DNA from: Dicyema japonicum
Lineage: Eukaryota > Animalia > Dicyemida
Direction of reading: 5' to 3'
Length of the DNA stretch: 64,000 nt
NCBI GenBank assembly: GCA_011109175.1
Contig: RDEW01000057.1
Location: 127,049-191,048 of the forward strand
Shown: positions 38,251-50,446 of the stretch, piece after piece
Position numbering within the stretch: the stretch's first letter is position 1
Layout: each line of letters opens with the position of its first letter
Made by a program: the position numbers and the translations under genes
The notes under the pieces: model-generated
The model's database searches: none
What the model saw: the letters and a program-made list of their open reading frames with translations, nothing else
Told to the model about the DNA's origin: nothing

Positions 38251-39603
38251 TGGTGACTCTCCTCGTTGCGGAGTTTCCATATAAAACGAGGGAGACGATC
38301 ATATGTTCACTGTCAGTCTCCACTCTTCAATACAATCTGCCCATGTCGATCCACGGAGGTTTCTGATTCTTTTCTGTGCCGACCGATGTAGGCTTTATCT
38401 CCTTCTCCGACTCTTACCATCATTCCAGTCTCCTGCAACGAGCAGCCAATAGGAGGGTTGAAGTTCCGTCATTGTCTTCCCCATTTCTCGTAGAACTGAT
38501 CAAGTTCTTCGGATTCCCTATAACACACCCACTGTGAGGGCCATAGATATTTATGCTAGACACGTGTTCAATTGAGGCGCGTCACCACCTCAGCCAGCCA
38601 AGAAATTCGGATTACATGACATTAGATATGCTCGGTTTTTCGATAGATTTGGACAATTGCCTAATTTCGCAGAGGCAGAGTAAAAATTTGAAATTACCAC
38701 AACTTTATAAACCCCCATTGTATGAGAGGGGTTCTCATAAAAGACCTTAGTAATAATGTCTCCATTAAGAAAAGAAGTTAGACCTGAGAAGGCATGGACT
38801 AGGTGGAGTGCGTCACTAATGTAAGGAGTTGGTCTCCAGTCAGATGAGTCTAGTATCTTCCATCTGTTTTTATCTAATAAATCCTACAGAAACTCGTACT
38901 CAACAATTAATAAACTGGGGAAGAGTGAAGAAATATAAGAAAGTTTGAAAAAACACTACATAATTCATCTTTGATTTAATGGGGTTATTTCAGAAATACA
39001 AGTGTTCAATATTAGTTGACTCAAACTGATTAGTTCCTGGCTTTATGGTTTCTTTCTAACTTTAGCATCAAGGTCATTCAATTTTGGGCAAGGCTGGATT
39101 TAAAATTAGATACTTCCTTTTCGAGTTTCTGATGTCTCCTAGATCCCCCTCTACGTCTTGCACACGATAAAAAGTAATACAAGTACTATCCTCCATTATG
39201 AAGTTAAGTAGAAATTCCATGCAATAGAGGTACGTCTCCCCCTCAATCTTAGTTAGTTAATTTATTATTATTTAAAACCCTGGGATGGCCGAAAAAGAAA
39301 TAAAAAACGTCAGACAGTTAGGTGATCCCAGTCCCCATAATCGATCGAGCAATCCAACGTCTGTGGTTTCCCAATGTTTCCAATACCGTATTTTGTTATA
39401 CCAACCTCAATAACTTCTAGGTGTATCCGGAGTTAATAAATAAAAAAAAACTTCTAGAAGGCGAGACTTATTATTTCCACAATGCCAAAAATTACAACAT
39501 TATTTATTTGAAAATAATAATTAATTAATATTTAAATAATTTAAAAAGAAGACTCAGGTCTACTACGTTGTTGTCCGTGAGACATTGAAGAAAACCGTTA
39601 AAA

Positions 39604-40532
39604 ATGAAAATTATAATCGGAAGTCAATGTCAGGGTCCAAACTGTACATATCGTAGTCGAGTCAATTCGAGTTACTGCTCAGACGAGTGTGGAGTCGAAC
39701 TAGCAAAGAGGTAGTAAGTAACACTTACATTAAGGCGTTTAAGCAAAGCGTTTGACAATAATGAAGAGCTCTTTTCTCAAACCTACAGCGCTGAGCAGTT
39801 CGATCGACAAAACATAACAAAAATAAGGGAGGAGATTGCGAAGACACAAACTGAGATTTCAAACTTGGACAAAGGACGGGAAGATTACTAGAACTGATAA
39901 AGAAGGCCAAAAAATCCCAAATATCCTCAACCTCCAAGGTTGCATGTGATCTCATTGCAGGAAAGACATGAGACTGAGCGGATCCTGTTGCCCTGTTTTG
40001 TTTGTAGGAGTGAGGTATACATCAATGGATACTCCAAGCACATCGATAAGTGCTTTAGGAAGGTAATTTATTAATTGAGATTGTAGTGTGAGTCCCAGAC
40101 TCATATACCTCTTCATATATTTCCCGGAATGACGTTGAGGCTGCTTTCTGTGATCACTACAAGGCTAGCACCAAATCCTACTGCAAAAGACTGAAGTTGT
40201 TGTGTCCTGAACATTCCAAGCCATTCCCTGTCGGATTTATGATTTACTACTAGAGATCAGCTGGTGAGGTATGTGGGTTCCCTATAGAGGACTTGGTTGC
40301 CCGTGGAATCCCGAACAGTCTGGATTTTTGTCAAAACTCAGTGAAGGACTGCACTCTTCATTACGAGTGGGAAAGAGTTGCTTTGGCGAGAATTGATTTG
40401 CATAAAATTAGATTGGTCTGTTTTTTTTATTTTAGTCTACAAAATTGGATGACCTGTATGAGAAGGAAAGACATATAGAATGGCGATTGCCTCACGTGGA
40501 GTGTTCTATCGCTTTTACTATACAAGTCTTAA
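39604..40532 (+). CDS. CXXC1: CXXC1/CFP1 (COMPASS subunit) homolog, C-terminal half only
   Basis: QCQGPNC...YCSDECGVELA, CFVC...KHIDKCF, FCDHY...SYCKRLKLLCPEH, EVCGFP and TKLDDLYEKER. Micro-introns. Needs several 1-nt corrections. Confidence 0.85.
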
Positions 40533-40608
40533 TTTTTATTATTTTAATAAACTTTTTATTCTTCACTTTTGGTTTACATGGAGATGTATTTACTTTTTCC
40601 ATGTATTT

Positions 40609-42328
40609 CAGAGTTGTCAAACATGCGGCCCTCATGCGCAACAGTAATGTTTAGTGGAGTTCGTTAAATGAAACAGTACGTATTTCACAAAAATTCACAA
40701 GCGAAGTACTGTATCAGTTACTGCAAGCTATGAAATCAGCAGAATGCTTGCAATGAATGAGAAATCATATTGTGATGGTGATTTTATCAAGCAATATCTA
40801 GTGAAAACAGCCAAAATTATTTGTCCAGACAATGCTCATTTGTCTAAAGACATTCTTTGACCAGAAACAACAGTTGCCGAACATATCAAAGAAATGTCTC
40901 TGCATTTGAAACAACAATTAAAGTCTGAATTGTTTAAATTTGAATATTTTTTAATTGAATTGCACGTCATCGGAATTGCACAATTAGCAATCTTTTTAGA
41001 GCTTGTGATTCAGATTTTAATATTTACGAAGAATTTCTCGAACTTGTACCAATGTACTACTACAAGTAAAGATATTTTTGTCAAACTGTTACAAATTCTC
41101 CTTGACTATGGATTTGATTTAAAGAAACTTGTATGTTTGTACACCGATGGTGCTCCGAATATGGCTGGACATGCTGGATTTGCTGCAAATTGCGAGTTGA
41201 AATAGAAAAGTTAAATCCTGGCTCATCATTTGCGCATTTTCATTGTATTATTTATCAGCAAAATTTGTGCTCAAAAATTTTAAAAATAAAAAATACTATT
41301 AGTTTGATCACGAAAACAACAAACTATATTAGGGGTAGTGCCCTCAACCACAGCCAATTCAGTAAATTGTTTATAGATATGAATAACCAGTTCAGCGATT
41401 TTTCTTTTTATACTACAGTACGTTGGTCATCTCTTTACAAAATTGTCAAAAGATTTTATTTAAAACAGGAAATAATTTTATTTATGGAAATGAAAGGTCA
41501 AAACACAGACGAGATGAAAAGTGAATCTTGGATCCAAGATTTGGTTCTTTGCAGTTGATATTACCGCACATGTGAACGACCTTAATTTGGAATTGCAGGG
41601 CAAAAACATGCTCATAACTCAGTTGTCAGATGATATCAAGTGTTTCGAAAATAAAATTATGGAAGTCTCAGCTATTGAATGAAGATTTAGTTCATTTTCC
41701 TACGTGTAAAGAACGAGGAGTACTGTTGGTGCACATACTGCAATGAATTTTTCCAAGTATGTAGGACAACTGGATTTGTTGTTAAAGGAATTTCATAAAA
41801 GATTTAATGATTTCTCGTCTTTTGAACAAGAATTTTCATTATTCACAGCACCATTCGCTTTTAATGCTGATAAAAGTTTACAAATGGAATTGTTGGAGAT
41901 CCAATAGGATTCTATACTAAAGGCTAAATATTTGGAGGTTGGAATACCTGCTTTTTTCACATTTTGAAAAAAATTTAAAAACTTTAAAAATTTTGCTACA
42001 AAAATAATTGCTATGTTTGGTTCGACATATGTGTGTGAACAACTTTTTTCATTTATGAAATTAACAAAAACTGTTCAAAGAACTCACTGATGAAAATTAA
42101 TCGGCTTTAATAAAAGTCGTGACTACAAAAATAGTTGAGCCCGACATATCAAAAATTGTATCCGAAAAAAGATGTCAATCCTCCGGAAGTTGCTCTAAGC
42201 ACGATTAGAAGATGGTGATTACATATTTAGTTTTCCCTTATTTTGGTTTTTCATTAAATAAATAATTTTTCCTTGATAAAAAATTATTATAAATGCGGCC
42301 CTCGAAGCTAAATGAGTTGACACCCCTG
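40609..42328 (+). mobile_element. hAT (Buster/SPIN-type) transposon, internally deleted
   Basis: TIRs cagagttgtcaaac / gagttgacacccctg. Exact 8-bp TSD ATGTATTT at 40601 and 42329. Motifs TDGAPNM, HCIIYQQNLC, VRW and MFGSTYVCEQLFS. Confidence 0.92.
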
Positions 42329-42347
42329 ATGTATTTAGTACCGTATG

Positions 42348-42663
42348 GCCGGGTGGTGCAGTGTAACGAGTGCAGGGAAAAAGCCAAGTTCAATCTTGCT
42401 GTTGTACATTCCTGCTGAAGGTACCAGGTATCTACGATGCTTTGGCTTGACGAGTGACGCCGTAATCAGTGAACATCTCACTGCGGAACAGGATCTTCTA
42501 CAAGAGGACTCACACCAAACATAAAGTAAAAGAAGTGAAGAGCATTCCCTGGTTCTCCCTCATCGATTAGTTATCATAACTGTTCTTTTCTTAAATAAAG
42601 TGTGTGTCCTGCCTAACAGGAGCTATAGCTAACATGGTTTTTCGTAAAGTGCAGTATTATTAT
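42348..42663 (+). mobile_element. Diverged SINE family A copy
   Basis: Same body (gacgagtgacgccgt, cagtgaa..ctcactgcggaac, aaataaagtgtgtgtcctgcc). TAT tail and a degenerate 16-bp TSD. Confidence 0.8.
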
Positions 42664-42934
42664 TATTTGGTACCGTGTGTAGGGGCTTTTAGTAGGGATA
42701 ACTTTAAAATGTTGACTTTTGGTTTAATTATATGTTCAGAATAACATGATCTGATCACTATGGAAAACTTGGAAGAGTTTCTGTCCAGAAACAATGAAAA
42801 TAATCATTCACTTCCACTAACGCAAATGGGTGGATAATGGATCTTCCAATATCGATAACTAGTATATTGGTTTTATTTCAACAATGAAATTATTAAAATA
42901 AACATAATTATTTTAATAATTTTGTTAGTACTTT

Positions 42935-43700
42935 TCATTCAAAATTTCTGTATGATTGTAGATAATTCGATAGTGTATGGAATAGAGGGCAGCTCGGTAA
43001 AATAGCCTCTTTTAAGAGTTTCCGTTGTAATTTGATTAAGAAATTTTTAATGGGTTGGATATTGTGATCTGGTCCAATTAACCTTATTGCAGTCTCCTCG
43101 ATTGCGGATAGTTTCAATGAGGAAGATCGTGAGATCTGCATTGTTCATGAAGAACTTGCATACGTCATCGTTGGTCGGATGAATTGTTCATAAATCGTGG
43201 CAAGGCCACCAGTTTGGTCTCTAAGTGTTTTTGAGAGCACTTTTAAAATTCTCATTTTCTTCAAAGCAGAAGTTACTTTGTTTTCAACATGCCGGATAAA
43301 GGTTACTCCCAGAATCTTCGGTGTTTAGTTAATAGAGATAGCTTCGTTCTTCATAAAGACTTTTGGTTCGATACAGAGCTGTCTCTTGTAGGTGGTAAAC
43401 AGTGTGACAATGGACTTTGCTGCTGATGTGTCGAGTCTCCGCTTCAAGAGCCATAGTTCCAGCTTGTCGAGCATTTGTTGAGCCAACTGAGTCGCTGATT
43501 GAATGCTTCTGTTCTTGGAGGAAAGAATAATATCGTCGGCATAAGAGAGGATTAGACAGTTTTCATTACAGGTTCGAGGCATGTCGTTTATGTAGAGATT
43601 GAAGAGTTGGGGTGATAGTGGGGAGCCTTGAGGGACCCCATTTGGGAAATAGCGAGATCTTGATTTGATGTTGTTGCAGAGTACTTGTGCCCTCAACACC
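42935..43700 (-). mobile_element. I/Jockey-like LINE 3' fragment
   Basis: GVPQGSPLSPQLFNLY, SYADD and IYEQFIRPTMTYAS. Confidence 0.8.
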
Positions 43701-43719
43701 CCCTTTCTAGAAAAACTAA

Positions 43720-45900
43720 AGGGGGCTGAAAAATTAACAGAGTTGCTTGATCTATTAAGGCATAGTTAATGTCATCTCTTCAAGGCCCCTATTAATGGAC
43801 TTGGAAGACATCAGATACGCAAATGTCTCGGTTTGTACTTGGATAAGTCTGCTTGGGAGGAATAGCTGATTCTTAGGAGAGTTGTTACTTTTCAGTTAGC
43901 CACCGGTATCCTCCACTTAAGGGACTGGGGTAAATAAACAGACAATAATAAACATTCCCACCCACTGAGCAACAGTATTCATTCTAATGATAAACCTCTC
44001 TAGCATCAACAAAACAGGTGTAAGTGGATAGTGTTGTATTCAAAATAACAGCCAAAGTCCTCGGATTGAACCTCCTATGAATTAAAATTTACAGAACCTT
44101 AATCGACATCATCTAATGGTGGAATACTAAATCACAAATTCGAAGTATTTATTCTTTAAACTGAGGTAACTATGTGCTCAAAAATGCTGTAAAAATAATT
44201 TTTTCGATATAGAAATAAGGTTAGGGACAGCGAAGACAGGTCTCAGAGTTAGAAGGGATCAAAAATATTTTCCATAAATCAAACTCATCTTTATTCTCTT
44301 TGTTTAAGGATGAACCCATATAAATTTTATTCGTTTAAGATGGACGAACCTTAAGCCGTGGTAATTACAGGGTTTTTCAGAATCACCGCTGTACACTTCC
44401 TGATTCCTTGACGACCACTTCACTTCATTCTCTTGCTATAATCGGCACTTACGATTTGTCATAAGACGTAACAGAGCACGTGCAAAACGGAAAATCAAAC
44501 TACTAGTTAACTTCTACTTCTGACGCCTCTGCCATGTACCTATGCCTATCATAGTCTTCCTTATCCTTAAAGCATCCCCCGATTTTCTTAAGGTCTTTCG
44601 TTCTTTTCTCAGATGGAAGAACAAAATGTTAGACTCAGAAAAAAATATAACATTTTCAATAAAGGAAACTGCAATCATCTCACTCTAAGAAATTTAGCAA
44701 CTCGTCCTTGAGGGGGGCAAGGGAATTATAGATCCCGTTCGCCTGGTTTATTTAAGTTCAATGAGAGGTTTTATCATTTTAGTTTCCCGAAGTAAAGAAA
44801 ACCAGCAACTAACAGAAGGGATGAAGAAATTCCAGCAACATAACCACGTGGCATCAAACCAATATCCAGCCAATAAATACAAAATCCAACACCACCAAAA
44901 GATCAACTAATCAACCACGTGTTTACACTCTACTTAGGTAGGAAATATAAAAAGGAAAAAGAAACTCATTTGATATTATAAGCACAGTGTCTCTCTACCA
45001 CAAGTCCTTTCCACGAGCTCAATATATCCACCACCCTCTTCCAGATTCTGCAACCTATAAAAGTCTCCCCCAATTCATAATATCACAAAACCTACACTTA
45101 CATCACCGTCTACCATTTTCTGCATTCTTCGTATTTTCATGATCCGATTCACGTTTACCACGTGCTCTGTATGCCTCAAAATATTCATCATCCCTTCAGA
45201 TCACTAAATGGGATCAATTTCTTTCGGCGGCACTTTTATGGCCACCGTTGACATAAAGGGAATCCTTTGAAGGGTTTCACAAATATTATTGGTTCCTTAA
45301 TAAAATCAAAAAAACGATATTGGGTTCCAGCCGAAAAGAGAAAGATCTCGCCTCTAATCAGACACTTTTTGGAGGACATTCCAAAGTTATACTGAAGTCT
45401 AAGCCTAACATAAATAGAGTTTGAAGAATTCATTGGCGAAATTGGAACACATTAGTCTCACCTTAATAAATTTCATTACTTGTATTCACAGATAACGGGG
45501 GATCAAATTTATTATCAGTAAGGGGTAAAGTGATTTCGGACGATCCATTACAATTTTGTAGGGTTAGGTTTCATTACAAAAGTAATACGCTTTCTGGTTA
45601 ATGGCGCCCACGGAACATCACGGTATAGGTCCTTCCACAGGTCCACTGCTCCCGATGGTGTCATAAATACACTTCCTAACCTACACGGACCCCCACTTCG
45701 CATTCATCTCTGACTCCCACTCCCAGCTGTAATTGACGCAAGTTGTCCGAAATATTTGCTATGACCGATTGACAAGCAATCTTTAACGCGAAATCAAAAT
45801 TCCATCACAAATCTGAGGAAAAATCAAAATTGAAAGAAATACCCGGGTTTATTGATTTCAGACTCCACAAAATATATCAAAGAACTGGAAAAACCACCAC
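43720..45900 (-). other. Possible uncharacterised host gene(s) with micro-introns
   Basis: Candidate 23-nt introns gtaacaactctcctaagaatcag and gttctgtaaattttaattcatag. No TE motifs, four CACGTG sites, no recognisable protein family. Confidence 0.25.
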
Positions 45901-46099
45901 CTCATGGGAAAATTTTTTGTTGGGGAAGTTGGCGTGGAACAACCAATATCTTTCAATTGAATTTTAGACTGATCTTTGCAATCTTCGTGGGCTTCAGTGA
46001 CGTTGTAACCTAAGAAGAAAGCGAATTCGTCAGCCTTCTGTATATGTCTCGCGAAGTATCAGTTCTCACATTCGCAGGGGCAAAAAGACTTCCCGATGT

Positions 46100-46391
46100 C
46101 ACTACAAATCCATCCAGAATAAGCGGAAAGGGAAGAAAGCATACATTCCTTACAGTCGAATGAACCCCTCAAATGTAGTGGGAGAGAACAGATGATCCTT
46201 TTTATCTCATCCCGCCACTAAGCGTTCTCATGAGACAGGTGGATCACATGACGTCACTCTAGTAGAACAGGAGAGGATAAAGAACAAAGGGAGAGAAAAA
46301 AACCTTCGACCAAGAGCCAGTTGGGGGGATCGAAACCTACACCATTGTTATATTAGGGAATCACAACTACCGAGCTACCATCCCAACCAGC
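46100..46391 (-). mobile_element. SINE with a 76-nt tRNA-like head and the family B core
   Basis: Head 46316-46391 has a GCTGGTT/AACTGGC stem and B-box-like GGTTTCGATCC. Core gtcatgtgatccacctgtct...aaaaaggatcat is shared with 56401-56688. Confidence 0.65.
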
Positions 46392-46516
46392 AAAGGGAGA
46401 AGTGAAATAACGTGTCCTATGGGTTTTCATGGTACCGAATATCTATTCCCTGTATTTCACGCAATCGTGAGCTTGTTAATTTTATTAAGAATATTATCTG
46501 TTAATAGTAATCCATA

Positions 46517-47719
46517 TTATGGGGTCCAAGTTATCACATTCTTTGCGGTCATTGCCACTTTGGACACGTGAGTAGTGCCTTCTTCAATAAGAAAAGTTAT
46601 CTAGGAATAACTCATTGGTTACCTTGTCAAGGTAGCCTAACAGAGTTTTGCGCACAGAAGGGACCTCCGCCAAACAAGTGAGACACTACCAGTGAACAAA
46701 ACCATACTCGCAGAGCATTCGTCTTGACATGGTCCGATTTGTCCTCTAATAGAGGGAGTAGTTGAATCACAGCGTTATTGTCCACCGCAGCGTACTTTCC
46801 CTTAGTAATCACAGAGAGTCTGGTTAATAATACAACTACAGCATGAGTGCTCCGCATCCATACGCCCTGACATCCTCGGATGCATCTTTGAGGAGATTTA
46901 GCAGCACTGGAATGGATCCTTGGTCGACTGCTTTGGTTTTACCTTCGGGGGACACTCTTACAGAAAAAAATAGTAAAACGCCAGATCCATGAGATTCCTC
47001 GCCGCCCTGTACCGAATCCCTGCAAACTGGACATCCAAGAGAACAAGGAAGACTTTGATAGCATTCTGCTCGATAGCGATGGAGGTGTCAATGCAGAGAC
47101 AGTTGTGGAGAGTGTCCAACACAATGACCTTGCAGTTGACTCAGTGAGTACCTTTATTTCGTCAATCTCCTCTTCTGCTTGTCTCACAAACTTGACAACC
47201 ATTCCAAAATGAATGAGTCTTTCGGCACCTTCCATTAAGGGATCATCTACCTTCTGATATTTTGGAAATCCTTTCGAATGTTCCATGTGCCAGCTTTCTA
47301 ATATTTTTGAACTCATTTTTGTCCACCAATTTAGCGATAAGGGGGATCACATTGTAGGAAATTATGAATTCTCTCCCACATGCGTGTCCTCGAACTATGA
47401 ATTTGGGGTACCTGATATTGTGAAGAGACATTTAATCGATATCCAGCGGACTACATCGTCACTGTTTGAGAGGAAACGTGCCAATTTGTGCCCAAGGTCC
47501 CCCTTCACTGATATGTAGGCGTTTTCTGGATCATGGACAAAGTCGGAGAGAGAACGGAGAGCTCTATGAAGAGTCATAATGTTGTCGGAGTCTAATTTGA
47601 TATTCTGAATGGTTAAGAATGCTAACAATTTGATGAAAAGCATCCCGCCCATACGCCAAAGGACTTCTCGTTGGATCAATCAAAGGGGGATATTTTGCAG
47701 ATATTGCATTTGATTTCAT
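46517..47719 (-). CDS. RSPH14: Radial spoke head protein 14 homolog (ARM repeats)
   Basis: MKSNAISAKYPPLIDPTRSPLAYGRDAF, HRALRSLSDFVHDPE, VITKGKYAAV and C-terminal NVITWTP*. Micro-introns. Confidence 0.9.
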
Positions 47720-47843
47720 TGCTAGGATTTAATATTTAATTAATTTTATTATTTTTAATATTTTTTATTAATTAACAAAGGCATGTTTAATCTTGCTACA
47801 ATTTCTCCCGACTTGTTCATAATGGTGTTCCTCATAGTACTTC

Positions 47844-48135
47844 GCCCCGTGGCCCATGTGGTGCTACATGGCTAATTGGGTGAAGTTTTCTGATTGTTTT
47901 GTTTGCTCCTCCCCCTTCCCTTCCTATTAGAGTGGCATCCAGTGCCAGGCCGGCACAAAAAAGGATCATTTGCTATCCCCCACTCCACTGTAGGGCTTTC
48001 CACAGTTGCAAGTAATGAACGTCTTTTTCCTTTTATGCTGATTCCGAATGGACTCTGTTTCTGTAGAAGTGGAAATTAGATACACTTAATCAGTTGTTTA
48101 CTTTAACTTCTTTCTCGGTGTAATAATTAATTAAT
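47844..48135 (+). mobile_element. SINE family B copy
   Basis: A-box-like TGGCCCATGTGG, shared body, LINE-type tail gatacac...ctcggtgt and (TAAT)n. Confidence 0.75.
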
Positions 48136-48149
48136 TAAATATTGTATTC

Positions 48150-49340
48150 CTCAAAGATCCCCTATGTCTCCCTTGTTATTCAACCTATTCATGGCCGATC
48201 TCCTTACGAAGGAAGTCGAAAATGATATTCTTCTCACTTATGCCGATGACATCGTTATTGTTTCCCGGGATTATGACATCCAGACTGCTACTTCAAGATT
48301 GCTTTGATGATTGACGAGATTGATTTGCAAAGCCGATCTCCCTTCTTCCGAGAACAAACAAATAGAAAAACATCATCCACTGTCGATCTTCAGATGACAC
48401 GAGGGCGTATTAGTGAAATGAGCCAAGCAGAAAGCGACCTGAATTCGTACTCAGAATGTTTCTTGAATTCCACAACTAGATATAGCGAGCAGATGGCTGA
48501 TCTCCCAAGATACTGATCCAATTTACGAGAGCCAACTTTTCCCGAATACTTAGTGTTTCGCAGAGACCGAAGACTCGGAAGAGGTAGAGGCTTACTTAAA
48601 ATCGTCAGGAGTTATATCTAGGTCGAGGATTTATCGAATAAAATATCAACTCATTTCCTCCCCGAGAATCCTCTTGAACAGTTTACCACTAAGATAATCC
48701 TTTCCGCCTTCCGAATGAAGATAGTTACTTTCCTTAATCTTATTTCCTCGTGCTATCGAACCGAACTGGGTCATTTACCGAATGCGAAAAGCCCCTCTGG
48801 TATACAAACCAACAACTGGATAGAAGAGACTTACTCATATAAGATAACATAGAGGACTTACTAATCCTTAATGACCAGAACAAACACATGATGACGACAA
48901 CACGAAGGCGACTCCCCAACCTGCTACCCGTCTTCATTGAGGGTTGTTTCTACTCTCTCCGGATGGAGAACTTACTCTCAAATTACGTGGACGTTGGATT
49001 TATCAACAAAGTTATTCTGTAGGCGTAAAAAAAGATTCATTCCTATGTGCTGAATCATCTTCGATGAGATTCGACACTAAAACAAAAGCCCTTATTAAAA
49101 AGATCAACAGACTAAAAGAGATGAGTGAGAAATTAACCGAAATTTCCCGCGTTTCTAAAAATTTCAAAATTGAACTAAGAAATATCAAGAACTGGAAAGC
49201 TGTTTTGAATAGTGTTAAGAAAAACACATCGACCACGTCACCGTGGATAACTCTAAAAGGCTTAAAAAAATTCCTACTTGAACTACCAGGGATAAACCCT
49301 GACATACTTTATTTATTTACCACCGGTCATTTCAAGTGAA
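48150..49340 (+). mobile_element. Scrambled LINE debris (RT and APE fragments)
   Basis: MSPLLFNLFMADL...TYADD, FPEYLVFRRDRRLGRGRGLL and a PD motif downstream. Confidence 0.55.
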
Positions 49341-50446
49341 AGAAACCGGTGGCTAACAAAAACGTTGCAGCTAAGAGCGAACAATCCCAGAAATCCGACA
49401 GGTATATTTGGTTCTGTAGAGAACTAGTAGGTGGACCCTGATAAGAGGTCTTCTGGTCATCAAGAAAACACGGTGGGCATAGTGGGGAGAACAATTATAC
49501 AATCCTGTACAGGTATGAATGTATCCCCGATGTACTTGTAAAAAGATATGACAGCATAAGCCACAAACCCTACTCTATCTTTGAATCCAAAACACATGAG
49601 AATGAAGAAATGGTCCACCATGCATTTCTTCATGCCAGAGGATTCCAACACGGATTCAGGGGTGAAGAAGCTGGTTCATTTTATCTGAACGATCAAAGGT
49701 ACTTTCTCAGTTTAGAGATTTTCCCTCTCCTTTTCAAGGATCAACCATATTAACTCAATTGAGGAAAACCTGCGTCTTCATTTGTATGAAAGCGAATCCA
49801 CTCCTTTCAGAGCAATAGCCGGGATTTCCCGCGTTTCTAAAAGAAGCAAAAGACCCATATTTGGAAGGGTTGCATATGAAGAGGAATCTCGATTGAGTTC
49901 CGCGAAAGATTGTGAGATCACTGAGTGAGAATGAGAGTCCGTTTTCTTAAATATATACTGAGAATTTACACTAAACGCCACCAAATGTAATATTTCCCGG
50001 AATCTAAGTCTAACGCTTCCAAATTCCTTGATTCGTCCTGTAAAGGAAACAGCAAGAAACAGAGACGACATTGGTAAGAATTAGAACCATCAAACCACAG
50101 AACGTATATACCTTGTCGATAATAATGCTTTTTTCGAATTCCTTAAAGCACTAAATTTGGGGAACTAAAGCTCCTCTCCTCGTTATTAAATATATTAGAC
50201 GTACAATCAATTCTATCCATCCTCCCTGAAGAATATCTTTATATGAAATCCTTCTGCTATCAAGGACATCACTTAGAAATAAAGATAGCAAATTCCTGCG
50301 ATTTTGAAAAAACGATGAATACCATCGGCTAGTTCTCAAAAGGGATACCCAATTAATCCCTCTTATGTGGGAATACACAGAGCATGGAGTAATCATATTA
50401 ATAGCCAAGAAGACATAAAAACAGACAAGATATACAACAAAAATCA

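Noticed and set aside
46316-46391. Functional tRNA gene
   Set aside because: The D and T arms do not pair properly, and it is attached to a SINE body.
49142-49842. 19-bp exact repeat atttcccgcgtttctaaaa
   Set aside because: It lies in scrambled LINE debris and the enclosed sequence has no element-like termini.
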